Shown in pieces: positions 27,111 through 36,310 of a stretch of DNA of 64,000 nucleotides; positions within the stretch are counted from its first letter, which is position 1, and each line of letters begins with the position of its first letter. The notes under the pieces were generated by a model. It was not told the DNA's origin. It did no database searches and saw only the letters and a list, made by a program, of their open reading frames with translations. This DNA comes from a virus. The translations under genes were made by a program, and so were the position numbers. The stretch lies in the IMG/VR virus record IMGVR_UViG_3300033153_007973, positions 1 to 64,000 of that record, one strand, 5' to 3'.

Positions 27111-27963
27111 TTTCAGCTACCTTTCTCACTTTCTTAAGTACAGGCTTAATCTTCTCCTCTTTCGCCATATCAGGTGCTAGTCCTTTCACATGTGCTGGAT
27201 CTAGTCGGCTGCCAATAACACCATTTCTAGAATCAAGGATATCAAGTAGATATTTACGTTCTTCTTCGTCTTCCTGTTTCTCTTTACTGAGATCAGTAGG
27301 TGCTCCACTGAGATATCCTCCAGTGTGCATCTTAAGATCTTCCCAATCATTAATAGCTAATGCATTGATTCCAACAGCTATTTTAGTAACATCTGCGCCG
27401 CGGATCTTATATCCGCGCTTGATAAACTTCATCATTCTGTAAAGAGTGCTGAATGGATATGGTAACTTATTGATTCGTAGCATACGTGACGCTACATCCT
27501 GTAGATAGTTCTGACTGCAGTTAATTATTCTAGTAAATGGATACCATGCTGCCATACATATCGTGAAGTCGAAGTTTTCTGTGATGAATGCAGGATCTCC
27601 TACTGGATCCTTGATAAACTGATAGAAATAGTTATCTATCTGTATATTAATAGCTCGCTTGCTTTCCTTCCATTTGTATCCTCGAATTACTAGACCTTTT
27701 CTTGACATACTTCTAGATCGATCGAATGATTTAAGATAGATACGTAGTTTCGTAATGAGTTCTTTGTGAGTACAGAAGATGTCGATATCACGAGGTTTCT
27801 CGCCTACGAAGAGTGACGTAATAGCACCTCCGGCCACGAAGAATGCACAATGCTCATTCTTCTTCCTAAGGACTTGAGAGTCCGCTATTTTGAGGAAGTC
27901 ACTAATAGGTTGTATTATCTGTGTGAGTGTATAAGTTTGATCCGGGGCTTCAATTTGGATCAT
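27094..27963 (-). CDS. Pol-beta superfamily nucleotidyltransferase, CCA-adding/poly(A) polymerase head-domain-like
   Basis: FFVAGGAITSLFVGEKPRDIDIF matches the class II tRNA nucleotidyltransferase motif GGAVRDxLLGxxxxDxD. Confidence 0.5.
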   Translation of the reverse strand: MIQIEAPDQTYTLTQIIQPISDFLKIADSQVLRKKNEHCAFFVAGGAITSLFVGEKPRDIDIFCTHKELITKLRIYLKSFDRSRSMSRKGLVIRGYKWKESKRAINIQIDNYFYQFIKDPVGDPAFITENFDFTICMAAWYPFTRIINCSQNYLQDVASRMLRINKLPYPFSTLYRMMKFIKRGYKIRGADVTKIAVGINALAINDWEDLKMHTGGYLSGAPTDLSKEKQEDEEERKYLLDILDSRNGVIGSRLDPAHVKGLAPDMAKEEKIKPVLKKVRKVAENDIPF

Positions 27964-28159
27964 CGGTAGGTTCCCCTCCCAGTGTTCTTGATATACTTTG
28001 ATCTTCCGCCGAGATGGCGGCTTCTACTTGCTTGATGTCTATATCGAGTCTCTTCTGGACTCGGTATTGCCTTCTAACTGTTTTGAGTACTTTCTCTACT
28101 GCTATTAGTTCTCGGATTCCCATCATTTTGAGGTCTTTTGGATCTATCACTAATGGCAT
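27950..28159 (-). CDS. hypothetical protein
   Basis: 69-aa track ORF. Confidence 0.3.
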   Translation of the reverse strand: MPLVIDPKDLKMMGIRELIAVEKVLKTVRRQYRVQKRLDIDIKQVEAAISAEDQSISRTLGGEPTDDPN

Positions 28160-28406
28160 TATTCACCTCCTTCGTGGATGTAATGTCCATGAACTTATAC
28201 TTGATCATATCAAGTTTGCTAAGTTCCTCCTTATTGCAATTGCAATGCGGCACCTCACAGATTTCACAGGGACCATTATGCTTGTCCTCTATCTTATTGC
28301 TGATTGGCCATCCCAGCTTTTCTCCGCATTCATTGCAATAATACATAATTACATTCCCCTGATTTTCTTTATTGCTTTCTTGTTCCAAATACAACCACTT
28401 GCACAA
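28074..28406 (-). CDS. hypothetical zinc-ribbon protein
   Basis: CNECGEK...CEICEVPHCNC. Confidence 0.35.
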   Translation of the reverse strand: MCKWLYLEQESNKENQGNVIMYYCNECGEKLGWPISNKIEDKHNGPCEICEVPHCNCNKEELSKLDMIKYKFMDITSTKEVNNAISDRSKRPQNDGNPRTNSSRESTQNS

Positions 28407-28792
28407 TCCCAGCCATAATACCAGCTCGTCTTAAGGTCTAGGCGGAGAGACCATTGATAAGGATTGATCTCAATGCCAGAATGTAGTTTTGCAACTTCTG
28501 GCCAGTTGATATGGAAGCCTGTTATTTCGCTATTGAATGATGTTACACCATACTTCTTCGTAAATATAAGAATTTCTTCTGCTGATTTTAGCGTAAGAAT
28601 CATGTTTTTGTTTATGTATATCTGATAATTGTGTGGCTTAATCCAGTCCGGCATCTCTGACTTACACCACTTATGCCATGATTTGCCAATACTGTACCAC
28701 ATGCCTTGAGGCTTTGAGTTAGCCATCTGGTGCATGATTAACCATGGTCTGAATGCTTCTTTCTTCTCCCTAGTATTTCTGATTCGTATCAT
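28349..28792 (-). CDS. hypothetical protein
   Basis: 147-aa track ORF. Confidence 0.35.
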   Translation of the reverse strand: MIRIRNTREKKEAFRPWLIMHQMANSKPQGMWYSIGKSWHKWCKSEMPDWIKPHNYQIYINKNMILTLKSAEEILIFTKKYGVTSFNSEITGFHINWPEVAKLHSGIEINPYQWSLRLDLKTSWYYGWDCASGCIWNKKAIKKIRGM

Positions 28793-28801
28793 ATAAGTAC
28801 C

Positions 28802-29005
28802 TCACATAGTGGCATCCCAGTCTGTGATCTCCTCTTCAATCTTGAAAGAGAAGTTAACGCAGTCCTTACACTTTTTATAATTGAAATCCTTTCCGACCCC
28901 CTTTACGGGGCAAGGCTTGTTTGCAATTAGGCAAATGCCTAGGCCTTCGATATACCAGTTCTTGTGCTTAGGTTCTCCATCTTTCCAGCGATCTTGGCTA
29001 CCCAT
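28802..29005 (-). CDS. hypothetical Cys-containing protein
   Basis: 67-aa track ORF. Confidence 0.3.
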   Translation of the reverse strand: MGSQDRWKDGEPKHKNWYIEGLGICLIANKPCPVKGVGKDFNYKKCKDCVNFSFKIEEEITDWDATM

Positions 29006-29744
29006 CTTTCTTTGCCCTCCCAGTTATACCGATTTGTCTGAGAATCGGTGTTATATTACCATGTGTAGAAGCACAATATGGCCATTTTGGATCAAATAAG
29101 AATGTGTTTGTATCTATTACTGGTGCTCTTATATTTACGATTATATTGTCCTTAAGTCTGTATTCCTGGTACTTTTTCTCATTGATTGCTTTTACTACTG
29201 AACAGTGATCTTCATCATCATCTGAGAAGTCCTCGTTTTCGAATATACACCATCCTCCGACACCACTCGGACTTTTCTCGTCTTCTTCGAGTGGATCAAC
29301 TTCTCCACAGATAAGTCTGTCTTCTTTATTTCGATTGAGTATTTCACAGTGTGGGTATTCTTTTATAACGTCATACTCATTTCTGCCAATCCACATTGCT
29401 CTTGATTCCTCTGATTTGCCGCCAGTTCTGGCACCTTCCCATATTGTGTAGAACTTCTCTATAGCTTCTAGGATACTGTCAGCTTCTATCATTATTTGAC
29501 TAGAACGTCTTCCCGTGAGATATCGTCTGATATTTGATGGTATTAGATCTTTCTTCTTATTGTATCTGAAGTATAATCCGACATTATCTACACATATGAG
29601 TTTCTCTGGTCCCCAATTTGTGGAACCCGAACTGCGGACCATTATTGGTATCTTGTATATAAATCTGGGGCTACTAGAGAATGGTTCTGGCAAGCCTGGC
29701 AATGTTCCTTGCATCGTCTCCACCATTATGAGGTCGTCCTTCAA
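28998..29744 (-). CDS. hypothetical protein
   Basis: 248-aa track ORF with an acidic stretch. Confidence 0.4.
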   Translation of the reverse strand: MKDDLIMVETMQGTLPGLPEPFSSSPRFIYKIPIMVRSSGSTNWGPEKLICVDNVGLYFRYNKKKDLIPSNIRRYLTGRRSSQIMIEADSILEAIEKFYTIWEGARTGGKSEESRAMWIGRNEYDVIKEYPHCEILNRNKEDRLICGEVDPLEEDEKSPSGVGGWCIFENEDFSDDDEDHCSVVKAINEKKYQEYRLKDNIIVNIRAPVIDTNTFLFDPKWPYCASTHGNITPILRQIGITGRAKKDG

Positions 29745-30312
29745 ATTCCATATTCTTTATTTTAAGGGCACTACTAACGCCTTTGCCCTTCTTAATCTTC
29801 TCTCTGAATGAGAACAGGGTCTTAATGTTAATATGAGAGTCTCTGAATGGATACTTGATTTGTTTACGATTGCATTCTCTATGGAATTGCTTACGATCAT
29901 AATCGCCCCAGGATGCCCAGACTGTATCTTTGAGCTTTGGCACAAGACGAATTAACTCATCTAGTGCTTCTTTCAAGGGTATTCCGCCTTCTGTAAGCTC
30001 TTCTTCAGTGTGTCCTGTGAGCTCTGTGCAGAACTCACTGATATCCATGACACTAGGTTTTACGAGTATGCTGCCGCTGGCAGATGTTCTCCAGTCTGGA
30101 TGTTGAATGATTGCCCATCCGATTTCGATGATCTCCATTTCTTTCTCGATCTTAGTTTGGAGTCCATCTTTAGCATCTGTATTTTTCCAACACGTTGCCT
30201 CTAAATCTATAATAAGTAGCTTGTTAAGTTCCGTCCTGGTCATTTGCTGCTTCCTCTTGTACTGGATTGAATATTTCATCTTGAGTGGGTTGTTTTGGTA
30301 ACTCTGCTTCAC
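29674..30312 (-). CDS. DEDDh-family 3-prime-5-prime exonuclease (oligoribonuclease/RNase T-like)
   Basis: Exo I LIIDLEATCW, Exo II EIIEIGWAI, Exo III HNGGDDARNIARL. Confidence 0.7.
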   Translation of the reverse strand: MKQSYQNNPLKMKYSIQYKRKQQMTRTELNKLLIIDLEATCWKNTDAKDGLQTKIEKEMEIIEIGWAIIQHPDWRTSASGSILVKPSVMDISEFCTELTGHTEEELTEGGIPLKEALDELIRLVPKLKDTVWASWGDYDRKQFHRECNRKQIKYPFRDSHINIKTLFSFREKIKKGKGVSSALKIKNMEFEGRPHNGGDDARNIARLARTIL

Positions 30313-30532
30313 CGCGGCAGACTTTGATCATATGTCGCTTCTCAGCTTCGAGTATGTTTTCATCGATTTCAAAGAACTTGGCTAGTATTTTTGGAATGTT
30401 GTGATATCTATCTCCTGTTCTTAGATAGTCTTTCTCGTATGCCCATTCCATGAATTCCCCTATCTTCTGGGAATACTTTGCTACTTTATCTAGTTTGTCG
30501 TGTTCTGGATATCCGCTCATGTTTTTCTCCAT
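30224..30532 (-). CDS. hypothetical protein
   Basis: 102-aa track ORF. Confidence 0.35.
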   Translation of the reverse strand: MEKNMSGYPEHDKLDKVAKYSQKIGEFMEWAYEKDYLRTGDRYHNIPKILAKFFEIDENILEAEKRHMIKVCRGEAELPKQPTQDEIFNPVQEEAANDQDGT

Positions 30533-30768
30533 GGATCGAATAGTTCACTCATAGTTGGCTTCGCTGGTTCTATAACTTTCTGTTTTCTAAGAGTAATCTC
30601 GAGTGTTGCTCTTGCTTCTTCCTTTTTAATGTAGTTCATAAATGAGTTCATGAATCTATTATCTACTATGAGTGTTTTCTCATCCATAGCTTGTCGAATA
30701 TCTTGTATCTCTGTAACTCTTCGTTCTAGTTCGTCTAATGTATCCATCATTTTATGAGTGCTAGCCAT
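30517..30768 (-). CDS. hypothetical protein with C-terminal PTMSELFDP tail
   Basis: Ends AKPTMSELFDPWRKT; member of the LFDP-tail family. Confidence 0.45.
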   Translation of the reverse strand: MASTHKMMDTLDELERRVTEIQDIRQAMDEKTLIVDNRFMNSFMNYIKKEEARATLEITLRKQKVIEPAKPTMSELFDPWRKT

Positions 30769-30776
30769 ATTTCCTC

Positions 30777-30983
30777 CTAGACAATAGTACCCTTATCTTC
30801 CTTCGCTTCCTTAACAGCTTTATCGAATTCTTCTCTTCTCAGTGGATCTGGATCGAATAAATCATTCATTGATGGTTTGGGTACTGGTTTGAATACTATA
30901 GTAAACTTTGCGTATCCTGATGGGCTACCACCTCTGTCTATTCTGACGTAGCCAGGAGTATTAGTATTATATTCAGTGTTCAT
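30777..30983 (-). CDS. hypothetical protein carrying a PSMNDLFDP motif
   Basis: KPVPKPSMNDLFDPDPLRREEF; LFDP-family member. Confidence 0.45.
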   Translation of the reverse strand: MNTEYNTNTPGYVRIDRGGSPSGYAKFTIVFKPVPKPSMNDLFDPDPLRREEFDKAVKEAKEDKGTIV

Positions 30984-31032
30984 TTGCCGGGGTGGGAGTC
31001 GAACCCACCTGGTGATCCAATCCGGCGACCTA
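30984..31032 (-). pseudogene. tRNA 3-prime-half-like fragment
   Basis: T-arm GTGGG-TTCGACT-CCCAC then acceptor strand CCCGGCA, with no complementary 5-prime half upstream. Confidence 0.3.
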
Positions 31033-31037
31033 TTACT

Positions 31038-32246
31038 TTATTTCTTTGATGCTTTGCTTTTCACGCCAGCATCTCTCATCATTTTCTTGGAGAGATCATA
31101 CATGGCGTTGTAACCCATGGCAGCCAAGGGATTCTCGGCGCCACCACTTTTACCACTGTTGCCGCTCATTACGACACCAGGGAAGCGAGTCTTCGAAAGG
31201 TTCTTCGAGACTGCATCAGCAATCTTGAGATCAAATTCTGCCCTTTCTCTTGGTGTAAGTCCGGCAGCTACCAAAGCTCGGTTAGCTGCGGCCTTGGCTG
31301 CACCCTCGGCTCTGACCTTCTTGGCTGTTTCCAGAGCTCTTTTAGCTGCATACTGCTCGACTTCGAATGCTTTCTGGGCTTCGGTAACTGCAGCGACTCT
31401 GATAACGTCCTTCTCGGCTTTGGCCTTGGCGATTTTGGCTTTACCCATTTCCAGGGCAGTAATTGTATCCTGCTTTGCGCGGATGGCTGCTTGTTTCGCT
31501 AGCTCTGTAGCCATAGCTTCATCCTTGCGTTTGGCGATCATTTTCTCGACTTGCTCGTCAAACTGTGGTACGTCAATTACACATTGGTTGATGACGCAAC
31601 CAATTTTGGCGAGTTGGTTCGGGAGACGCTTAGGATTTCCGGCTTTGTCTCTTACAATAACAGTAACCTTCTGCATCTCTTTGGCGCCGACTGATTTCTC
31701 AATATATCGGGTGTCGGACTTGGTGACGTAAATGCCGTTCTGAAGCTGATCTTCAACTGCCTGTTGGAACAGTGCCAGTGTGGTGTATGCGTCCTGTGCA
31801 CTTCTTAGGTTCGCGGACAGCTTGACAGCATTCTGGACGATGGGAACCACACCGGATACGATAAAGTGATCGAATCCCGCGGCATAGTCGTTCTTCAGTT
31901 GGAGTGCTCCCTCAACCGTTTTCGGTAACTGGATTCTGACCAGGCCAGAGATCTGGGCTTTAGAGCCGTCATTGAAGATAACTGGAATAGCACTGATGTC
32001 GGCGGTTCCTTCACCCTTTGATTTTCCGAACCCGACCGTAGCCACGTTCTTGTAGGTAAAGATCTCGCCGAACATTTGTGCATACCAGCCTGGCCTAAGC
32101 CTGACTGACATGGAGCCTGTTCCGGCTGCTTGCTTGACCTGAAAGTATCCTGCTCTGTTTACCTCAAAGAGGGATCCTGCACACAGAAGGAGGACGAAGC
32201 CAGCGATACAGACGCCAATGACAATCTTCATCTTTTGGGTCATCAT
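31038..32246 (-). CDS. SPFH/band-7 (HflK/prohibitin-like) membrane protein
   Basis: N-terminal TM IVIGVCIAGFVLLLCAG, then an SPFH-like core and an Ala/Lys/Glu-rich coiled-coil tail. Confidence 0.7.
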   Translation of the reverse strand: MMTQKMKIVIGVCIAGFVLLLCAGSLFEVNRAGYFQVKQAAGTGSMSVRLRPGWYAQMFGEIFTYKNVATVGFGKSKGEGTADISAIPVIFNDGSKAQISGLVRIQLPKTVEGALQLKNDYAAGFDHFIVSGVVPIVQNAVKLSANLRSAQDAYTTLALFQQAVEDQLQNGIYVTKSDTRYIEKSVGAKEMQKVTVIVRDKAGNPKRLPNQLAKIGCVINQCVIDVPQFDEQVEKMIAKRKDEAMATELAKQAAIRAKQDTITALEMGKAKIAKAKAEKDVIRVAAVTEAQKAFEVEQYAAKRALETAKKVRAEGAAKAAANRALVAAGLTPRERAEFDLKIADAVSKNLSKTRFPGVVMSGNSGKSGGAENPLAAMGYNAMYDLSKKMMRDAGVKSKASKK

Positions 32247-32262
32247 TATCTATTCTCCTCTA

Positions 32263-32493
32263 TTATTTTATGATCTTGTCGACATCGTCGACATCTTTCT
32301 TGGCTTGTTTTACGTCGACTTTACGAGCACGCTTAGCCAGTTTCGCATTCTCATCGACACCCTCGATTTTTTCGTCGAGTTGGTTCCCCCTTTCCTCTTT
32401 GTCGGCTGTTTTCCAGGCTTTCCTGGCACGTTTATAAATGAAGTAACCACCGATGAGTAGTATGATGAGTGTGACTATTATCTGCAAGAACAT
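32263..32493 (-). CDS. small membrane protein
   Basis: MFLQIIVTLIILLIGGYFIY. Confidence 0.4.
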   Translation of the reverse strand: MFLQIIVTLIILLIGGYFIYKRARKAWKTADKEERGNQLDEKIEGVDENAKLAKRARKVDVKQAKKDVDDVDKIIK

Positions 32494-32494
32494 G

Positions 32495-33019
32495 TCATTC
32501 CCCTTTCATCTTTAATAAGCTGATAAGGTGTATACATTGCACCTTTGTAAGCGATCCTATATGTAGTTCAGCGAGGCCCATAGCTTTACCCACAGTGGAA
32601 TATGCTTCCTTACGAGATATTGCGGCACGGTGTCCTTTCCAGAGCTTGTCAAATTCTGTGTGTGCAGTGATTCTTGCTTGGCGGGTTTCCTTATCGGCGG
32701 GCACGCCCATTGGTTCCCCGGTTCCTTGATGAGCGCTGTGTTTGCAATCGCATTTTGGCCACGTAGAACAGCTGTAGAATAAGCCATACTTGCTGTTCTT
32801 TAGGACCATCTTGCTTTGGCATGATGGACATGTAACGTCATGCTCTTTGACCCCAGTGTCACTGAGCTTTCCAATCTTCTTTGGCATTTCCCCTCCTAGG
32901 ATTAATCGATGATCATGCCTATTACGAGGCCAGTGCACATACCATTGGAATGTCCTTCTGACTCGCCTTCTTCTTGGGAGATCTCCTGAATCTTCTTGAG
33001 TTCTCCACCGTCGAGCCAT
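32495..33019 (-). CDS. protein with topoisomerase-type C4 zinc finger
   Basis: CPSCQSKMVLKNSKYGLFYSCSTWPKC resembles zf-C4_Topoisom. Confidence 0.45.
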   Translation of the reverse strand: MARRWRTQEDSGDLPRRRRVRRTFQWYVHWPRNRHDHRLILGGEMPKKIGKLSDTGVKEHDVTCPSCQSKMVLKNSKYGLFYSCSTWPKCDCKHSAHQGTGEPMGVPADKETRQARITAHTEFDKLWKGHRAAISRKEAYSTVGKAMGLAELHIGSLTKVQCIHLISLLKMKGE

Positions 33020-33294
33020 ATTCCCTTACATTTTGGGCATTTATCAATAATGATTGTCTCAATGAGTTTCTTCTTCATTTTGGTGTTGCAGATCATACAT
33101 GTACGAGTTCCTTCGCGTTCTATCTTGATTTTGAGTTCACATTTTTCGCATACGTACAAATCCTCGAATTTATTGTGTGTACGTGTTCCACACCTATAAC
33201 ACTTTTTTCCTAGAAAGAAGTCTGCTACTTTTCCCATGATAATTCCTCCTTTTTGATCGTATCCATTCGTTCCTGGCGGGAGTCGAACCCACAA
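32902..33294 (-). CDS. zinc-ribbon protein (zf-TFIIB-like)
   Basis: CYRCGT...CEKC...CMICNT...CPKCKGIWLDGGEL. Confidence 0.45.
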   Translation of the reverse strand: MWVRLPPGTNGYDQKGGIIMGKVADFFLGKKCYRCGTRTHNKFEDLYVCEKCELKIKIEREGTRTCMICNTKMKKKLIETIIIDKCPKCKGIWLDGGELKKIQEISQEEGESEGHSNGMCTGLVIGMIID

Positions 33295-33341
33295 TCTATG
33301 GAGTAGAAATCCATTGCCCTAATCCATTAGGCCACAGGAAC
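33268..33341 (-). tRNA. tRNA-Arg (TCT)
   Basis: Acceptor GTTCCTG/CAGGAAC perfect; anticodon stem ATGGA/TCCAT with loop TTTCTAC; T-arm GTGGG-TTCGACT-CCCGC. Confidence 0.7.
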
Positions 33342-33355
33342 TAATGTTTTATCCA

Positions 33356-34408
33356 TTATTTTCCATGAACGATATCATTGAACTTTTCGTTTGCGTCATA
33401 TCCCCATTCTCGACCGATTTTACACTCTTCTTCTTCATCAACCTTGAAGATATCAGCTGTGCACGTGGGTCCTTTAGGGATGAAACTTCCGGTACCGATA
33501 CCATCAAACGCATCTTTGACATGCATAAAGGCTTCTGTCTTCACGGCGTCAAATCCTGAGGATACAAAGATCTTAACGCCTTTTCCACCTGCTGCATCGA
33601 GTTCACTGCGTAAACGAGCAACGGCATTCATAGTAACACCTTTCTCTAGGGCATTTGAGGAACTGTCAATCTGAGCATAGTTCTCACCACAAGTGTCGGT
33701 GCGTACTCCATAAAGCTTGTCTCCACAGTGTTTAAGGAGTGATAAAGTATCATCAATCTCCTTATTATTATAATCGATCAGGGCAATAAACTTGTCATCT
33801 GGGAGAGCTTTCATGTATGCATCTGCCATCTTGATATAATCTCCGCGGAAGATAGCAATCAAAGCATGAGGTGTGGTTCCTATTCCTTTACCAGAAGGTA
33901 GGTCAATTTGATTGATAATGTTACGTATATCATCGGCACGGTTACTGAGATAATTCTGTGCTTCTGCTCCTGTATCAGTACTGACTCCTCTGATTCCGCC
34001 AACGTATCCACCATATGATGCTAGTGCAACAGATTCTGCACCATAGAGATGACGTGCAGAGAAATCAAGAACTGGTTTCCCATCTGCTGCGTTCACAATT
34101 GCTTTGGCATGATATGCACAGTAACAAGGTAGAGCGCACCATTGAAGGTAAAGAGTCTCGAGCTCTACGATGTTCTGGAAGAATCCTTTTACAATCATCA
34201 TAGTATCACCAGATTTAAACTCAGTTCCAGTGGGAAGGATATCGATATCTGACATGGGTGCTAGTGTTCTGATCAGTGCCGCTGCAGGTTCGAGTGCAGC
34301 AATACCATTAGAGCGACCAAATATACGATATGATACTCGTGGATTCATCCTGGTTTCCTCAGCAACAATTCGGGATTTGCTGAAGTACTTATCTGTGAAT
34401 GGATTCAT
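33356..34408 (-). CDS. nicotinate/nicotinamide phosphoribosyltransferase-like protein
   Basis: 350 aa whose overall pattern resembles NAPRTase/Nampt phosphoribosyltransferases; it is translationally coupled to the PncA gene. Confidence 0.55.
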   Translation of the reverse strand: MNPFTDKYFSKSRIVAEETRMNPRVSYRIFGRSNGIAALEPAAALIRTLAPMSDIDILPTGTEFKSGDTMMIVKGFFQNIVELETLYLQWCALPCYCAYHAKAIVNAADGKPVLDFSARHLYGAESVALASYGGYVGGIRGVSTDTGAEAQNYLSNRADDIRNIINQIDLPSGKGIGTTPHALIAIFRGDYIKMADAYMKALPDDKFIALIDYNNKEIDDTLSLLKHCGDKLYGVRTDTCGENYAQIDSSSNALEKGVTMNAVARLRSELDAAGGKGVKIFVSSGFDAVKTEAFMHVKDAFDGIGTGSFIPKGPTCTADIFKVDEEEECKIGREWGYDANEKFNDIVHGK

Positions 34409-34962
34409 TTGCTGGACCCATTTTGCACAGTTATACCGTATAGGGTCAACATACGTTGAAGAGCAGCTTCCCCTGCTTCTGGTATCAGATCATCTACGAG
34501 ATCTTTGTGAACAATGATTTTCGGGAGCTTCTTATCTTGGTTCTTCATCTCATTGATGATCGAGGTAACGACATCATGGACACAAATGCTTGTGCATACA
34601 CCAGTTATATGGATTTCGGGATTTTCCTTACCCTCACACCAGTCTATGATGTTATTAACAATGCAAGCAGATGTATATCCCTTCTTGACAAAGCGAATAA
34701 TGGCTTTGTTCTCCGGAATAGCATCTTCAATAGGTTCAACGATCTTCGTACCTTCTGTCTCTTCGATACAGTGTTCTGGGAACAGCTTGAATTCAGGATC
34801 ACCTTTGCTGTGTCTGTCCATGGTGAGCATAATATCACCATCAAATGCTTTGACGAAATTGGCTACACGACCTTGAAGTTCTTTCGTGTCGTGACCAATA
34901 TACAACTTACCATCCTTATTTAGAAAGTCATTCTGCATATCTACTACGATTAGTAATTTCAT
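34405..34962 (-). CDS. pncA: nicotinamidase PncA (isochorismatase-fold)
   Basis: MKLLIVVDMQNDF is the signature start of nicotinamidase/isochorismatase hydrolases; catalytic Cys context TGVCTSICV. Confidence 0.75.
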   Translation of the reverse strand: MKLLIVVDMQNDFLNKDGKLYIGHDTKELQGRVANFVKAFDGDIMLTMDRHSKGDPEFKLFPEHCIEETEGTKIVEPIEDAIPENKAIIRFVKKGYTSACIVNNIIDWCEGKENPEIHITGVCTSICVHDVVTSIINEMKNQDKKLPKIIVHKDLVDDLIPEAGEAALQRMLTLYGITVQNGSSK

Positions 34963-35402
34963 CTTGTTCTCCCTTTTAGTTTATTTATTTATTTACTGCA
35001 GTAAGAATAATTAGTATTGCACAAATTAATATAATGCCGCCCATCTTTCCTCCCAAATAAGTCAAAAAACACCCCCATTATGGGGGTGTTCTAGTATCCC
35101 TTTGCCTATTTTTCTACATGATCTCTGCGATTTTCTCAATCGCTGTTGCTTGATCATGAAGCATGTTCGCGGCAGCCATCAAATGAGACTGGACTGTCAT
35201 GTGTTTAGGTTTTCTGGATTGAACTTGTCTGTTCTTGGCTCCGGGCGGACGACCGCGCTTTCTCTTCTTTTTCTTTGCCATAATATTCCTCCTTCCCAGT
35301 ATTGTCCATCTTATTGGATAATACTGTTAATAGATTCATATATTGCTGATTATCGTAATCTCTATTCTTTCTGTTCCTTCTCTGCTTGTTCCTTGGCCTT
35401 TT

Positions 35403-36128
35403 TCATCCCAACTCCTCCAGTAATGCCTTGACTTGCGCTCGGTCGCGTTCCACGCACTCTACCGTAAGCACGTTACCTGTTCCAGAGCAATCTATCCACC
35501 GCCCTGCCAGCTTCGCCACGTCCCTCAGTAGGTCACGATACTTCCCGTTGCTAACTCGAAGAGATCCAACTTTGCTCAGCTTTTGGACCCCCCGTAGTCT
35601 CGTAACAAGGTCGGGGTCGCGCAACACCACCTTCATAGCGTTCTTCATCCCCTCCTTGCGGGTCAGATTATTCACTGCGTCTCGCCCCGATGGGTCGCAC
35701 CTCGAACACTCATACGGGTTCGGTGGGTCGCACCTGTCATGCCCGTTGTCTGCTGGTCCTCCACAGGTAGGACATTTACTCAGGTCGGGTTGTTCGTATC
35801 TCATCGTGGCCTCCACAGCCTCAATCGCCTTCCCTATGTTGCTGGCAGCGATAGGCATGTTGTCAGTCTCTTCCAGCTTATCCGCATACCCACGGGCAAC
35901 CCACACCGCCAGATTAAGTAACGCTCTCTCTGTTTCCTGGGTCATTTGTTGTCGCCTCCTGATATGTGGGTCACTGTTATGGTTCCTTGCCTTCTTTAGC
36001 TTGATTGCCAGCATGCTCAATTCTGTTCTGCGTTCTGTGTATTCCGAAACACTTACCTTCGTGTTCATGGCTCGTTCAGTCAAACGCTCCACCAAATCCA
36101 GTAACGCTCTCTCTGTTTCCTTGGTCAT
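35403..36128 (-). CDS. hypothetical Cys-rich protein with duplicated N-terminal module (GC-rich island)
   Basis: MTKETERALLDL and MTQETERALLNL are each preceded by an SD; a 27-nt repeat occurs at about 35920 and 36097. Confidence 0.4.
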   Translation of the reverse strand: MTKETERALLDLVERLTERAMNTKVSVSEYTERRTELSMLAIKLKKARNHNSDPHIRRRQQMTQETERALLNLAVWVARGYADKLEETDNMPIAASNIGKAIEAVEATMRYEQPDLSKCPTCGGPADNGHDRCDPPNPYECSRCDPSGRDAVNNLTRKEGMKNAMKVVLRDPDLVTRLRGVQKLSKVGSLRVSNGKYRDLLRDVAKLAGRWIDCSGTGNVLTVECVERDRAQVKALLEELG

Positions 36129-36310
36129 TTCCCCTCCCTTACAATCACTTCGACCTTGTATGCCTTGGGGTTGTCCAGCGAGAGTTCCTTTCTTTGTCTC
36201 TTGCTTTGTATCGTGCGTATCCTTATCGCATCCATGAGGTGATCTAGGATGAGCGTTTCCGTACTCTCATCGTCATTCAGATCATATACCGTTACCATGC
36301 GTCTCTTCAT
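36125..36310 (-). CDS. hypothetical protein (GC-rich island)
   Basis: 61-aa track ORF. Confidence 0.3.
   Translation of the reverse strand: MKRRMVTVYDLNDDESTETLILDHLMDAIRIRTIQSKRQRKELSLDNPKAYKVEVIVREGK

Noticed and set aside
31117-31731. 204-aa Ala-rich plus-strand ORF
   Set aside because: It is antisense to the SPFH gene; the Ala/Ser-rich translation is the mirror of the Ala/Lys-rich coiled coil on the other strand.
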